Shown: positions 45,986-56,269 of the stretch, in pieces
How positions within the stretch are numbered: the first letter of the stretch is position 1
Layout: each line of letters opens with the position of its first letter
Source: an uncultured Mycoplasmatota bacterium
Lineage (GTDB): Bacteria; Bacillota_I; Bacilli_A; RF39; UBA660
Direction of reading: 5' to 3'
NCBI GenBank assembly: GCA_900549285.1
Contig: URNW01000003.1
Span: 7,975 to 71,974, forward strand
DNA length: 64,000 nt
Position numbers and translations under genes: made by a program
The notes under the pieces: generated by a model
The model's database searches: none
What the model was told of the DNA's origin: nothing
What the model saw: the letters and a program-made list of their open reading frames with translations, nothing else

Positions 45986-47830
45986 TCTCCAAAAAGTATC
46001 TACAATCTCATAATTATCATATTTATAACGATTAGATGCTTTATCAGTTGTACATTTATCTAAATTTGTATATTGAGTAGTAAAGTAGAAAGGTACAAAG
46101 TAAATACTACTTCCTAAATTACTAGCATAATAAGGACTTAAATTACTATAATTTCGAATGTTTACTGAAAGATCAGTATACCAATATCCATTCTGATAAT
46201 ATGGAATATTGACGGAGAATCCAAAATTATTAGACTTTAGTGAATATTCTTTAAGCATTGTACCAGAAGTAACAGCTACATTGTATTTTCCTGTTGCTCC
46301 TACCATTACAATACCTTTATCATAGGACTCTTGATAAGCTCTATTATACATATTAGTAGTTGTCAAATATCCAGCATCTATCACTTTAAGATTTTGAACA
46401 TGATTAAGATTATAAAAACGTACTTGCCATGAATAATTCCATGTATTTTGATTTGCTGAAACATAGCTAATAGAATAATAAGTATCTTCTTCTATTTTAC
46501 AATATTTATTATACTTTTCTTGAACATCTTCCCATTTTGCTTCTAAAGTAATATCTTCATAAATGCGGGTATTAAAGTTAAATTTCTTACCATTTAAATA
46601 CCATCCTACAAATTCATATCCATCTCTCTTAGGATCTTTAGGTTGATAAGCACGATCTCCTTCCTCTACCCATTGTGTTGCAACACTACTTCCTTTATTA
46701 GAATCAAATTTAACTCGATAAGTACGAACTGTACAAGAGCCATCATCCTGCCATTTAGCATATAAAGTCATATCACTGGTAACTGGAGTATTAAAATCAT
46801 ACTTCTCTGTTAATGCAGAATCTATATACCAACCTAAAAAGCGATAACATTCACGTGTAGGATTATTAGGTCTTTTTACTAAATCATTTTTTTCAACTCT
46901 TTGAAAATCAACAGATGTTCCTCCATTAGATTCAAAATTCACAATAAATGTTTCTGATGGTTTTTGCTCTTCTTTCTTTTCCCATTTTGCTACTAAAACA
47001 ATTTGCTCTGTAACAGGAGTATTAAAATCATATTTTACTCCATTCAAATACCATCCTAAAAATTCATAACCGTAACGATATGGCTCTACATAAGTAGCAT
47101 AACCACCATGTTTTATAATCTGTGTATGAATTACACTACCTCCATTAGAATCAAAAGCTACAGAATGATATACATTTGTCAAACAATTATCATTGCAATT
47201 GCCATTATTACCATTTGTACAACAACTATCTACATAATTGATATTTACATTGGTATTTTGAGTAATTTCAACAGGACGGCTGTTTCCACTACTTGAGCTA
47301 TTACTATTACTAGAATTAGTACTATTATTAGAATTGTTATTGTTTATAGAAGATGATGGAATTTCTTCTTCATTTATCTCTTCTTTACTACTTTCCTGAT
47401 TTGTCGTGTTACAATCCGTACAAGTTACCTCATTAGAAATAGAAGTAACAATATAATCTGATTTATTATCACAACTTAAATAAACGCTCATTTCATACTC
47501 ATTGTCCATAGTCTTTGTTGCTTCTATGTAACTATTTTGAGTATGGCAACTATTTCCTTCTTCATCCAAAAACTCCACAATCAAATTACGTGCTAGCATC
47601 TCATCTAAACTAAGTCGTTCCGAATCTCCAATTTCTTTAGGTAAATGACTACCTGAAAAATATTCAAACCCCGCATCTTTCATTAAAGTGATATTACTAA
47701 TATAAGTTTGTTGTGTTAAAAGTGTATTATCCTTCTTAGGATAAAGAAGACAAATAAGCACAATAACTCCTACAATAAGTGCCGTAATACCAATAATTTT
47801 AAGCCAACTAATCTGATATTCTTTTTCCAT
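45983..47830 (-). CDS. Membrane-anchored surface protein with three Listeria-Bacteroides (Flg_new/InlB B-type) repeats
   Basis: N-terminal TM helix, a Ser/Asn-rich linker and a Cys/Asn cluster. Three ~70-aa repeats follow (F.SNGG......V..G.....P..P.R.GY.F.GWY......YDFNTPVT.D..L.AKW). Confidence 0.7.
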   Translation of the reverse strand: MEKEYQISWLKIIGITALIVGVIVLICLLYPKKDNTLLTQQTYISNITLMKDAGFEYFSGSHLPKEIGDSERLSLDEMLARNLIVEFLDEEGNSCHTQNSYIEATKTMDNEYEMSVYLSCDNKSDYIVTSISNEVTCTDCNTTNQESSKEEINEEEIPSSSINNNNSNNSTNSSNSNSSSSGNSRPVEITQNTNVNINYVDSCCTNGNNGNCNDNCLTNVYHSVAFDSNGGSVIHTQIIKHGGYATYVEPYRYGYEFLGWYLNGVKYDFNTPVTEQIVLVAKWEKKEEQKPSETFIVNFESNGGTSVDFQRVEKNDLVKRPNNPTRECYRFLGWYIDSALTEKYDFNTPVTSDMTLYAKWQDDGSCTVRTYRVKFDSNKGSSVATQWVEEGDRAYQPKDPKRDGYEFVGWYLNGKKFNFNTRIYEDITLEAKWEDVQEKYNKYCKIEEDTYYSISYVSANQNTWNYSWQVRFYNLNHVQNLKVIDAGYLTTTNMYNRAYQESYDKGIVMVGATGKYNVAVTSGTMLKEYSLKSNNFGFSVNIPYYQNGYWYTDLSVNIRNYSNLSPYYASNLGSSIYFVPFYFTTQYTNLDKCTTDKASNRYKYDNYEIVDTFWR

Positions 47831-47981
47831 TCTACCACCCTACTTTCCTATATGCCTAGTATATCGTTAATATTCTAAAAAGTCAAGGTAATAGACATAA
47901 ATTAATCAAAATAAAAAAAACAAGAAATACTAATGTCTCCTAAATCGATTCACATCATATATTCTTGTTTTTAAAAAACAA

Positions 47982-48416
47982 TTACTTACTAGATTTAGAT
48001 AATTTCTTAGGTTCTTCTTCTTTTAACTTAGCGGTAATAGATTCTAATGTTTTAATAGTAGATTCTTTTACTTCTCTTGCAGCAGCCTCAATTATAGGAG
48101 TCCCTTTTTTTACAGCATATTGAACTAGTTCATCTGCTTTCTTCTTAATTTTTTTTGATCCTTCTTTGATCTTTTCTGCTACTACTTCCTTATCTAAATT
48201 TTTAAGATCTTCTTTAATTTCATTTACTTTATTTTCAATAGTTTCTTTTACTTCTTCAACATCAATATTTTTAGCTTTATCAATTAAATTATCCATTTTC
48301 TTTTTTAAATCTACCCTTGTTTCTTTACCACTTTTAGGAGCAAATAAAATTCCTAAACCTAATCCAATACCAGCACCTAATAAAAACTTACCAAATCCAC
48401 TTTTATTCTTACTCAT
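47982..48416 (-). CDS. YtxH-like protein
   Basis: MSKNKSGFGKFLLGAGIGLGLGILFAPKSGKETR, then a Lys/Glu-rich helical region. Start after the AGGAAG-type SD. Confidence 0.7.
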   Translation of the reverse strand: MSKNKSGFGKFLLGAGIGLGLGILFAPKSGKETRVDLKKKMDNLIDKAKNIDVEEVKETIENKVNEIKEDLKNLDKEVVAEKIKEGSKKIKKKADELVQYAVKKGTPIIEAAAREVKESTIKTLESITAKLKEEEPKKLSKSSK

Positions 48417-48705
48417 CTTCCTCTTCCTTTCTTTTCTTATTTTTCTTTCTAAAAAACAACTTTGATGCAAAAGATGATAAACCATCTACTACTTTATCAG
48501 TAATAGCAACTAATTTATCAGTAGTAAAATCAACTATTTGGAACAAACCATTTAAAGATTCCACTTTCTCATTTACATCATCCACAACTTTTTCTACCTT
48601 GTTAATCGTAATAATTGACTTAATTCCTAATATAATACCAATAACCAATAAAATAATTAATAAAATATAAATGATAATTGGTAAAAAAGATAACCAAAAG
48701 TCCAT
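48409..48705 (-). CDS. DUF948 (YtxG-like) membrane protein
   Basis: N-terminal TM helix followed by helical ..VEKVVDDVNEKVESLN... It lies immediately upstream of the YtxH-like gene, as in the Bacillus ytxGH pair. Confidence 0.65.
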   Translation of the reverse strand: MDFWLSFLPIIIYILLIILLVIGIILGIKSIITINKVEKVVDDVNEKVESLNGLFQIVDFTTDKLVAITDKVVDGLSSFASKLFFRKKNKKRKEEEDE

Positions 48706-49601
48706 TATTTTTCCTCCTCTCTATTCTCATACATTGAATCAATTAAATCAAATAAATCATTTTCAAGAGTATCATTTTCCAAATTACTCTCATGTTTTTC
48801 TTCCTTTACTGGATTTAATTCTTCTTCATTTTCTAATGGTTCAATCTCAGAAAATGATTTATCAATCTCATCATCAATGGCATCATTAATATTAATTACT
48901 TCATCACTACTATCTTTTAATAATTCATCAATTGTTCTAGCTTTTTCTATTTTTTCTTCTAAAACTTGATCCATTACAAGCTCTTCATCTTTTATATCAA
49001 TCTTTTCTACTGTTTTTTCTTCTGAGGAACCAAAAGCTTTTTTTCTTACAGTATCCACATCTAATGTTCTTGAAGGAACCTCAGTTCTTGTCGTAATTTC
49101 ATCAGGAGTATAATTTTTATCTAAAATACCATAAACAGGACTAATAATGGGAGATGGTTTAAATTTTTTTACCTCTTTTGTTTCTTCTGGCTTTTTATAG
49201 TCTTTTCTATATTCTGGTTTATATTCATTTTTTTTCTCTGTTTTTCTGCGCTCATGTTCTAATACATTAGTAGTTCTTTTTTTAGGAACAAAACTATCAA
49301 ACTCTTCCTCATCAAAAGCTGGAAAATTAAAAGTCTTTTCACTCTTAAAAAGTTCACGCTCACTTACAACATGATCATTATCCGCATTAAAACGAACTTT
49401 ATCTTCCATTTTCTTTTCTTCACGAATTACAGGCTCCAAATGATCATAATTTTGATAATTTGTTACTTTTACTTCCTCTTTTTTAGGTAATTCTTTATAT
49501 TCTCGAACCACCTCAGGCTTTTTTCCTTTTTTTTCAATAACCGGAATTTCTACTTCTTCCTCTTCAAATAATATGTTTTTAAGTTTACTTACTAAACCCA
49601 T
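48705..49601 (-). CDS. Highly charged Glu/Lys-rich protein, unknown function
   Basis: ORF with a GGAAGGTGGA SD. Low complexity apart from the conserved-looking PSPIISPVYGILD segment. Confidence 0.5.
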   Translation of the reverse strand: MGLVSKLKNILFEEEEVEIPVIEKKGKKPEVVREYKELPKKEEVKVTNYQNYDHLEPVIREEKKMEDKVRFNADNDHVVSERELFKSEKTFNFPAFDEEEFDSFVPKKRTTNVLEHERRKTEKKNEYKPEYRKDYKKPEETKEVKKFKPSPIISPVYGILDKNYTPDEITTRTEVPSRTLDVDTVRKKAFGSSEEKTVEKIDIKDEELVMDQVLEEKIEKARTIDELLKDSSDEVININDAIDDEIDKSFSEIEPLENEEELNPVKEEKHESNLENDTLENDLFDLIDSMYENREEEK

Positions 49602-49614
49602 AATATCCACCTTC

Positions 49615-50247
49615 CTAATTTACATAATCCGGATCTCTTATTTCATCAGTTACTTCTATATCTTCTGTAAATTGTAAATAATTATCACTACCTACAATCT
49701 CAAAAATGTCATATTTTTCTTCAGATGATTCAAAGATATCTTCACCTAAATAATTTTCAATCACACTATTATTATACGTAATTGATGTTAATATGCTCAT
49801 AGCATATGCAACAACCTTTTTAATATCTTTTTCATATGCTACTACTTCTATTTTAGCATAATTATACATAATTTCAATTAAATATTGATCATTTTCATAA
49901 TTATTTATTTCTATAAAGCCATTTTTATCTTGATGAACCAAACTTGCAGAATAATAAGCCTCTTGATTCACCGTATAAGAAAAGCCAATTTCACTATCAT
50001 AACTTACAATATCTACATATAAATAATAAAAATACTTTTGATCACTAATAATTTCATTAAATTCTTTACTTGATTTAATAAATAACCCTTTAGGTAAATA
50101 ATAACGATAGCCATTTCGATTCACATTAGTAGTATGAACTCGACTATTAATAGAACTACTTAGAATATGATCAAGACTACTATTTTCAATGCTACTACAT
50201 CCACTCAAAAGGATCAATATAACTCCTAGCAGGAATAGCTTTTTCAT
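49615..50247 (-). CDS. Lipoprotein, unknown function
   Basis: Lipobox LLSGCSS after the hydrophobic signal MKKLFLLGVILI. Confidence 0.6.
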   Translation of the reverse strand: MKKLFLLGVILILLSGCSSIENSSLDHILSSSINSRVHTTNVNRNGYRYYLPKGLFIKSSKEFNEIISDQKYFYYLYVDIVSYDSEIGFSYTVNQEAYYSASLVHQDKNGFIEINNYENDQYLIEIMYNYAKIEVVAYEKDIKKVVAYAMSILTSITYNNSVIENYLGEDIFESSEEKYDIFEIVGSDNYLQFTEDIEVTDEIRDPDYVN

Positions 50248-50310
50248 AAATCCTCCTACAATTCATAATTATAAACAAAAAAATAAGAAAAATCAATCCA
50301 AAAAAAAGAG

Positions 50311-50748
50311 TTACAAATATTGTTTAAACTCTTCTCTATTATGTTCTTCTGTTTCTAAAAGTCTTTTAGCAAGATTCAAAATCTCTTCATCTTCCCCATT
50401 ATATTGATTTAACTCAGCTGTAATTTCTAAAACACCTTTTTGATTTCCTTCCATCATCATCTTAGCAATTTCTTTATCACTTTTATTGATACTCATAGCC
50501 TCAGCCATCACTTTACTGCTAAGCTCTTTTAATTTACTAATTTCTTCTTCTTTCGCCCCATATTTAATCAGAATACCTTTAGCATCTTTTAAAAACTTTT
50601 CATACTCTTTTCTTTGTTCCTCTACTAATTTAGCAAGATGACTATCTTCAAGTTTTTTTATTACCGTATCGATATCAATTAATCCCATTTGAGCATTCTG
50701 ATAAATTAAATTTAAAAAAATAATATTTTTGTTTTGACGTTCTTTCAT
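50311..50748 (-). CDS. Helical protein, unknown function
   Basis: About 145-aa ORF predicted all-helical from composition. No catalytic motif seen. Confidence 0.45.
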   Translation of the reverse strand: MKERQNKNIIFLNLIYQNAQMGLIDIDTVIKKLEDSHLAKLVEEQRKEYEKFLKDAKGILIKYGAKEEEISKLKELSSKVMAEAMSINKSDKEIAKMMMEGNQKGVLEITAELNQYNGEDEEILNLAKRLLETEEHNREEFKQYL

Positions 50749-50796
50749 ATAAAAATCACCCACTATTATAATGGATGATTTTTAAAAATATATACC

Positions 50797-52458
50797 TTAA
50801 ACTTCTTGAACTACTGCAATAATCATAGGTTTACATTCTGTTTCTTCAAACAAATACTTAGATAATTCATCACGAATTTCCGTTTTAATCTTGTTAAAAT
50901 CAACATAATTAGGTGTAATATTTCTTTCAATTATAGCCTCACTAATTCTTTTTATTTCCTGAATCATTTCTGCTGAATCTTTTACATAAATAAACCCTCT
51001 TGTGGTTACTTCTGGACCAACTAGTAACACTTTATCTTGTTTAGAAATAGTGGCACTAATTAAAACAATTCCATTTTCACTCAACATTTCACGATCTTTA
51101 ATAACAAGTTCTCCAATATCATCACTAGACTTACCATCAATTAAAGCATCTCCTACTTTAATCTTTTCATTTTTATCCTCTAATTCACCATTTATAAAGG
51201 AAATTGCTTCTCCATTTTGTTTTAAAATAATATTTTCACGAGGGATACCTAAAGAATAAGCAAGGTCTGCATTTCCAACCATATAACGATATTCCCCTTT
51301 AACAGGCATGTAATACTTAGGTCTCATAAGTTTAATCATTTGCATTAAATCTTCACTAGAGGCATGATGTAAAATTGTTTTATCTTTGGGAATATTAACA
51401 ATCTCACAACCATACTCAGCTAGATCATTTTCTAATCTCACTAAAAGTTTTTCGTTACTATCATATCTAGGTTCCGCAAAAACAATTGTATCATTACTTT
51501 TAAGCTTAATAAATTTATCATATCCATTTAATATTTTTGACATTGCAGCATAAGGACTAGCTTTATCATCACAAATAAGTAAAATAGCATTATTATCATT
51601 AACATTAGATAAATCACCAAGCATATCTTCTGCAATTGATAAATAATTTTCTTTTAATCCAAAATTCACAGCATTTTGTAATTTCTTTCCCATAATAATA
51701 ACTTTACGGTGAGAATTAACTGCAGATGCAAATATTTCTTCAATCGTATATAGGTGCGTTGGTAAAACCATAAACATAATTCTACCTGTTGCATCCTTAA
51801 TTGCTTTTCTAAAAATATCAATTAACTTATGATTAGGTGAAGTATGCCCAATATTTTCACTAAAAACCGATTCGCTAAGCAAACACAATACTCCTTGCTT
51901 ACCAACATAAGCAATTTTACCCAAATCCATATCATAAGCCCCCATCATAGACGGATCAAAAATAAAATCACCTGTATAACAAATAGCTCCATCTTTCGTA
52001 TTTACCACATACATAACTGCATCTGGTGCACTATGAGATACACTGATAGGAAAAATACTAACATGGCCAAAATTCATCTTTTTATGAGCTTGAATTTCGA
52101 CAATATTATTTGCATTTACTCCATTTTCCATAAGTACATACTTAGTAAACTTAGTAGCAAATACTTTAATATTTGGAATTTGTGAAAGTAAATCTGAAGC
52201 AGCTCCCATATTTTCCAAATGACCATGCGTAATAAATAGCCCCTTAATTCTTTTTTTATTTTTAACTAAATAAGAAAAATCAGGAATAATATAATCGATA
52301 CCAAGCATATTTCCACTAGCATATTTAAGTCCACAATCAAAAATAAAAATATCTTTATCTATTTCTATAATATACATATTTTTACCATTTTCATCTAATC
52401 CACCCAGACTAAAAATCTTTATTTTACTCAAAATAATCAACTCCATTTCAAAAAACAA
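50797..52458 (-). CDS. rnjB: RNase J paralogue with a degenerate metallo-beta-lactamase motif 2 (RNase J2-like)
   Basis: Collinear with the RNase J at 60934..62607 (IFSLGGLDENGKNMYIIE.., beta-CASP region, C-terminal domain). However HGHEDHIG is replaced by HGHLENMG. The start may be one of several Met/Leu codons near 52446..52458. Confidence 0.85.
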   Translation of the reverse strand: MFFEMELIILSKIKIFSLGGLDENGKNMYIIEIDKDIFIFDCGLKYASGNMLGIDYIIPDFSYLVKNKKRIKGLFITHGHLENMGAASDLLSQIPNIKVFATKFTKYVLMENGVNANNIVEIQAHKKMNFGHVSIFPISVSHSAPDAVMYVVNTKDGAICYTGDFIFDPSMMGAYDMDLGKIAYVGKQGVLCLLSESVFSENIGHTSPNHKLIDIFRKAIKDATGRIMFMVLPTHLYTIEEIFASAVNSHRKVIIMGKKLQNAVNFGLKENYLSIAEDMLGDLSNVNDNNAILLICDDKASPYAAMSKILNGYDKFIKLKSNDTIVFAEPRYDSNEKLLVRLENDLAEYGCEIVNIPKDKTILHHASSEDLMQMIKLMRPKYYMPVKGEYRYMVGNADLAYSLGIPRENIILKQNGEAISFINGELEDKNEKIKVGDALIDGKSSDDIGELVIKDREMLSENGIVLISATISKQDKVLLVGPEVTTRGFIYVKDSAEMIQEIKRISEAIIERNITPNYVDFNKIKTEIRDELSKYLFEETECKPMIIAVVQEV

Positions 52459-52557
52459 TCATAAAATAAAAAAGTTTTAAGGCAAAAATATTATATCAAA
52501 AAACTAAAATGATTGCAACAGCGATTGTTTTATTTAAATTATAACAAAAAAAGAAAA

Positions 52558-53337
52558 CTAAACATTTTCTTCACTAATTAACTCACTTAAATAAACTATT
52601 TCATAATTTTTATACTTAATTTCTTTCAAAAGAAGCTTAACATCACTTAACTTTGCTGTTTTATCAATAAGAATAATACTGCCACTTTCTAAATCATTTT
52701 TTGTTTCAATATAATTAGTAGAATTTAAAGTAAGTGTTGGTTCAACTAAATATTTCTTTTTGTCTTTACATAATCTATAATTAGTATGATTTAAAACACA
52801 AATATTTTTATTTTCTTTATTAAGATTTAAACTATTTTCTAAAGATGCAAAAGCATCATCTTCATTATTAATAGCTTCAAAATAATTATTTTTTTTATAA
52901 GTATCTAAATCAACAAGTAAACTAGCCTTATATTGATTTGCCTTTAAATATTCACTTATCTTTCCTTCTTCACTTAAAATTAAACTAACTTTTTTTAATT
53001 TAGAATTCCCTTGATAAATAATTTTATCTTTGTTTTCTTGCAAAGATATCTCTGGCTTTACTTGATCAAACACTAAATAATATTCATTAAACATATCTAA
53101 TTCTTGCATATTATAAAAAGACTCTCGCGTGTTCACTTCCAAGCCGTTAATTCCAGGGATAATATAATCTCCTTCAATAAAAGCATTTACAAATTCTTCT
53201 TCATAATTTTCTTTTTCTTCATGAATACTTTGCATAAGTGGATTTTTATTAAGAACAATTAAAGCAATTTTTTCTGTATAATAAAAACTAAATACCATAA
53301 TAATAGCTAAACCCAAAAATTGATAATATTTCCGCAT
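52558..53337 (-). CDS. Membrane-anchored protein, unknown function
   Basis: N-terminal TM helix after MRKYYQF. A weak resemblance to sporulation polysaccharide deacetylase-like proteins is not supported by catalytic motifs. Confidence 0.45.
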   Translation of the reverse strand: MRKYYQFLGLAIIMVFSFYYTEKIALIVLNKNPLMQSIHEEKENYEEEFVNAFIEGDYIIPGINGLEVNTRESFYNMQELDMFNEYYLVFDQVKPEISLQENKDKIIYQGNSKLKKVSLILSEEGKISEYLKANQYKASLLVDLDTYKKNNYFEAINNEDDAFASLENSLNLNKENKNICVLNHTNYRLCKDKKKYLVEPTLTLNSTNYIETKNDLESGSIILIDKTAKLSDVKLLLKEIKYKNYEIVYLSELISEENV

Positions 53338-53389
53338 AACATCACCTAAAAAAATTATATGCGATTCTAATATGGGAAATGAATATGGT

Positions 53390-53749
53390 TTAACCAATTA
53401 TTTTTTTAACTAACTCAGCTCCTCTTTTGGGATCTTCCATTAAAATATCATAAACTAATTTATTCTTTTTAATTTCTTCTATAAAAGTAATCTCTTCATG
53501 TGTTAAAATAGCATACTCTTCAAAAGAATCTTGATCACCTGTTTTAACTAAGCAATCTGCTCCCAACAAATAATCTGCACTCACACCAAAAACAAGGATC
53601 AAAGAAATCAAAGCTTCTAGCGTAGGATTACGTGTTCCTTTTTCATAGCAACAGATGGCAGACTTTCCAACCCCAATTAATTCTCCTAATTCTGTTTGTG
53701 TTAAACCTTTGGCTTTCCTTACCTCTCTTAACCTATTTCCGTTTAACAT
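53390..53749 (-). CDS. XRE-family helix-turn-helix transcriptional regulator
   Basis: LREVRKAKGLTQTELGELIGVGKSAICCYEKGTRNPTLEAL is a canonical Cro/C1 HTH. Confidence 0.8.
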   Translation of the reverse strand: MLNGNRLREVRKAKGLTQTELGELIGVGKSAICCYEKGTRNPTLEALISLILVFGVSADYLLGADCLVKTGDQDSFEEYAILTHEEITFIEEIKKNKLVYDILMEDPKRGAELVKKIIG

Positions 53750-54018
53750 TCCATCACCCTCACTTCTCGAAAGAATTATACCCGCTCCCAACTTATAATT
53801 GTAATTTATTCACCTATGGTAAAAATAAACAATTACTTTTTACAAAATATCAATATTATTGAATAATAAAGATACTTTTATTCATCTAAAATAAAATTCT
53901 TTTTCTAACCCAAACTCTCTTTTAAGTAAAAAATATTATACTACACATTTTTTTATTTGTTTAGTGTTGTATTTTTTCTATTTTTTTGCTACAATGATAA
54001 TAATTGGAGGGTATTAAA

Positions 54019-54831
54019 ATGAATGAACATCATACTTTTAATAATAACACAATTGAAATGCCTAAATATCGCGTAGATAACTCAAACAAACCAAAAGTAA
54101 ATTTAAACAATTTTGAAATACCAGCAACACAAAAGATTCAAGAAGAAGATCAGACTAAAATTAGTAAAACAAAAATCATCAATATCAATGATTTTATTTT
54201 CCGTCAATATATAGAATTTTATCCTCAATTGCAAGGAATAAGTTGCAAAGATAATACTTTATATTTAAAGGAAAATGAACAAATCGTTGCAACTGAAACA
54301 TTAACCTTTGATTTACGAACACTCCCAGGTGAAGCATGGAATGTAGATAAAAGAACTTTTATTGAAAATATCAAAATCAATAAAAGTTGTAAACAATTAG
54401 AAGATTTCCTCAATTTATTAAATGCTTCTGCATACAACAATATAATTTTAGATAAAGAGCAATTAAACAATCAACTTACCAATTACATGAACCTATATTT
54501 TAGTGTAAAAGAATCCTTCCATTATTTAACAGAAGATAACAAAATATTAATTGGTTCTTTAGAAACTCTAATCGCTAGCCTTCCAAAAGAAACTCCAATT
54601 GGTACACTAATCAATCAAAAACTAGATGAATACTTTGAAATAACCAAGGAAATTGGTGATACTAAAGGAAAAGGTATGGTATTAGAACTTAAAAATAAAA
54701 ATCTTCCAACAATGATTCCAGAAGAAGAACCATTAATGAAGTCAAAAAAAGCTGCTTTTGTAAATGTAGCAATTATCTTATATGCAGTTTTAAATATTGG
54801 ATTTATTTTAGCAATAGCTCTAATGAAGTAA
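54019..54831 (+). CDS. Protein with a C-terminal TM anchor, unknown function
   Basis: GGAGGG SD then ATG. 270 aa with a C-terminal hydrophobic helix AAFVNVAIILYAVLNIGFILAIAL. Confidence 0.5.
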   Translation: MNEHHTFNNNTIEMPKYRVDNSNKPKVNLNNFEIPATQKIQEEDQTKISKTKIININDFIFRQYIEFYPQLQGISCKDNTLYLKENEQIVATETLTFDLRTLPGEAWNVDKRTFIENIKINKSCKQLEDFLNLLNASAYNNIILDKEQLNNQLTNYMNLYFSVKESFHYLTEDNKILIGSLETLIASLPKETPIGTLINQKLDEYFEITKEIGDTKGKGMVLELKNKNLPTMIPEEEPLMKSKKAAFVNVAIILYAVLNIGFILAIALMK

Positions 54832-54851
54832 AAAATACTTCATTTTTTTTA
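54823..54851 (+). terminator. Rho-independent terminator
   Basis: ATGAAGTA-AAAAA-TACTTCAT followed by T8. Confidence 0.7.
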
Positions 54852-54858
54852 TCCTATA

Positions 54859-54867
54859 TGATATAAT
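54859..54867 (+). promoter_or_regulatory. Extended -10 element upstream of ssrA
   Basis: TGaTATAAT, 10 nt before the mature tmRNA 5' end. Confidence 0.5.
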
Positions 54868-54876
54868 AAAACACAT

Positions 54877-55245
54877 GGGGTAGTAAAGGTTTCGACATAT
54901 ATTACTACATATGATTGCAAGTGGGAGAGACACCTCACGTCTAAACTTAAAATTAAATGACAAGAATGAAAATTCTTTTGCTTCAAATGCTTACGCATTT
55001 GCCTAATTAATAAATAGGAATAGCAAGCTTCTATTTATTTTGCTTATAGAATAAATATGAGGTTCATATATATAAGATATATTATTTTATTTGTTTAGGA
55101 TAAAATAATGAATACGAACTAAACTTAAATTTATAATCGGTGAGTCTTGAGCCAGTTATAAATTGAAATTAAAATCAAGCTAAACTTGTAGACATTATAT
55201 GATAGGATATACTGGACAGGAGTTCAACTCTCCTCTACTCCACCA
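54877..55245 (+). ncRNA. ssrA: tmRNA (SsrA)
   Basis: 5' GGGGTAGTAAAGGTTTCGAC pairs with the 3' GGACAGGAGTTCAACTCTCCTCTACTCCACCA (tRNA-Ala-like acceptor with a G3-U pair, T arm, CCA). Tag ORF gac..gcc taa at 54959..55006 encodes DKNENSFASNAYAFA. Confidence 0.92.
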
Positions 55246-55278
55246 AATTTGTTAATAATCTATTAGATTTTCAGATAA

Positions 55279-55301
55279 GCACTAAAAAATAGTGTTTTTT
55301 T
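55279..55301 (+). terminator. Terminator-like hairpin after ssrA
   Basis: GCACTA-AAAAA-TAGTGT followed by T7. Confidence 0.55.
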
Positions 55302-55339
55302 ATAAATTAAATTATGCTAAAATTAAAATGGAGGAAAAT

Positions 55340-56245
55340 ATGAAAGATAAATTATATGATTTAGAACAATTTTTTAACTATAACTTACAAATTAAACAAA
55401 TGCTTAGTTTTTATCCAGAAATATACAGTAAAGAAGACGCAATTGAATATGTAGACAAAACTTATAAAAATCTACAAGATATAAAATATATGCTAATTAA
55501 AATGATAACAATAATCGATCAAGATGAAAAGATAATTCAATACATAAATAAGCTTTTTGCATATTATGAAAAAGTATTATTAAATTCTCATTATAATCCT
55601 CAAAAATTACGAGAATTTTATCGAAATTGTCTATCTAATATGGACCCTACCCTAATTCATGAAATAAATAAAGAAATAAAAGGTTATTATCTTTTTAATG
55701 ATTATCATAGCTTTTTTTATCAAAGTAAAACAATCAATGAATTAATTCATGTTTTACATCAATATATTACCAATAATGAAACATTTTACCAAAAAATACC
55801 AATCGATTCCCAAAAAACAAACCAATATGAGGGAACTATTACTTTATATGGCCACAATACACCAATAGCCAATGCTATTTATATAAATATGGATCACATC
55901 AATAGTAGTATAATTGATATATTATCATTAAATAATAACCATATATTAATGATGGCACGTGATTTAGGACATGCTTTAACTATTGAAATAGAAATAGAAA
56001 AAGAAAAAGCACATGTAAAGTACTTTATTCCCAAGGTATGCAATATTGATATGGTAAATCACTTAAAGGGAATTACACCAATAAAAGCAAATGAAAACTC
56101 TGATATAGGAAATCTATATGCTAAAGGAAGTTTTGAAATAAATACAGAAGACTTAATACCTAATTTATTAGAATTAATGACAAATGTTCCTAAAGATGAA
56201 GATATGTTTATTAAAGGAGGAACTTTAAACAATAAAGCTTTATAA
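55340..56245 (+). CDS. Hypothetical protein (301 aa)
   Basis: GGAGG SD 5 nt before the ATG. No recognisable motif. Confidence 0.5.
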   Translation: MKDKLYDLEQFFNYNLQIKQMLSFYPEIYSKEDAIEYVDKTYKNLQDIKYMLIKMITIIDQDEKIIQYINKLFAYYEKVLLNSHYNPQKLREFYRNCLSNMDPTLIHEINKEIKGYYLFNDYHSFFYQSKTINELIHVLHQYITNNETFYQKIPIDSQKTNQYEGTITLYGHNTPIANAIYINMDHINSSIIDILSLNNNHILMMARDLGHALTIEIEIEKEKAHVKYFIPKVCNIDMVNHLKGITPIKANENSDIGNLYAKGSFEINTEDLIPNLLELMTNVPKDEDMFIKGGTLNNKAL

Positions 56246-56269
56246 AAGTAAAAATAAAATGGAGAATCT

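Noticed and set aside
52558-53337. Possible polysaccharide deacetylase (PdaB/YlxY-like) assignment for the 259-aa membrane-anchored protein.
   Set aside because: The NodB catalytic motifs (TFDDG, H-x-x-x-H) are absent and the resemblance is limited to overall layout. It is kept as hypothetical.
53750-54020. Switch from almost exclusively minus-strand genes (left) to mostly plus-strand genes (right), considered as a possible replication origin.
   Set aside because: The divergent spacer contains no dnaA/dnaN genes and no TTATCCACA-type DnaA boxes, and minus-strand genes reappear at 57.9-60 kb. It is more likely a local operon boundary.
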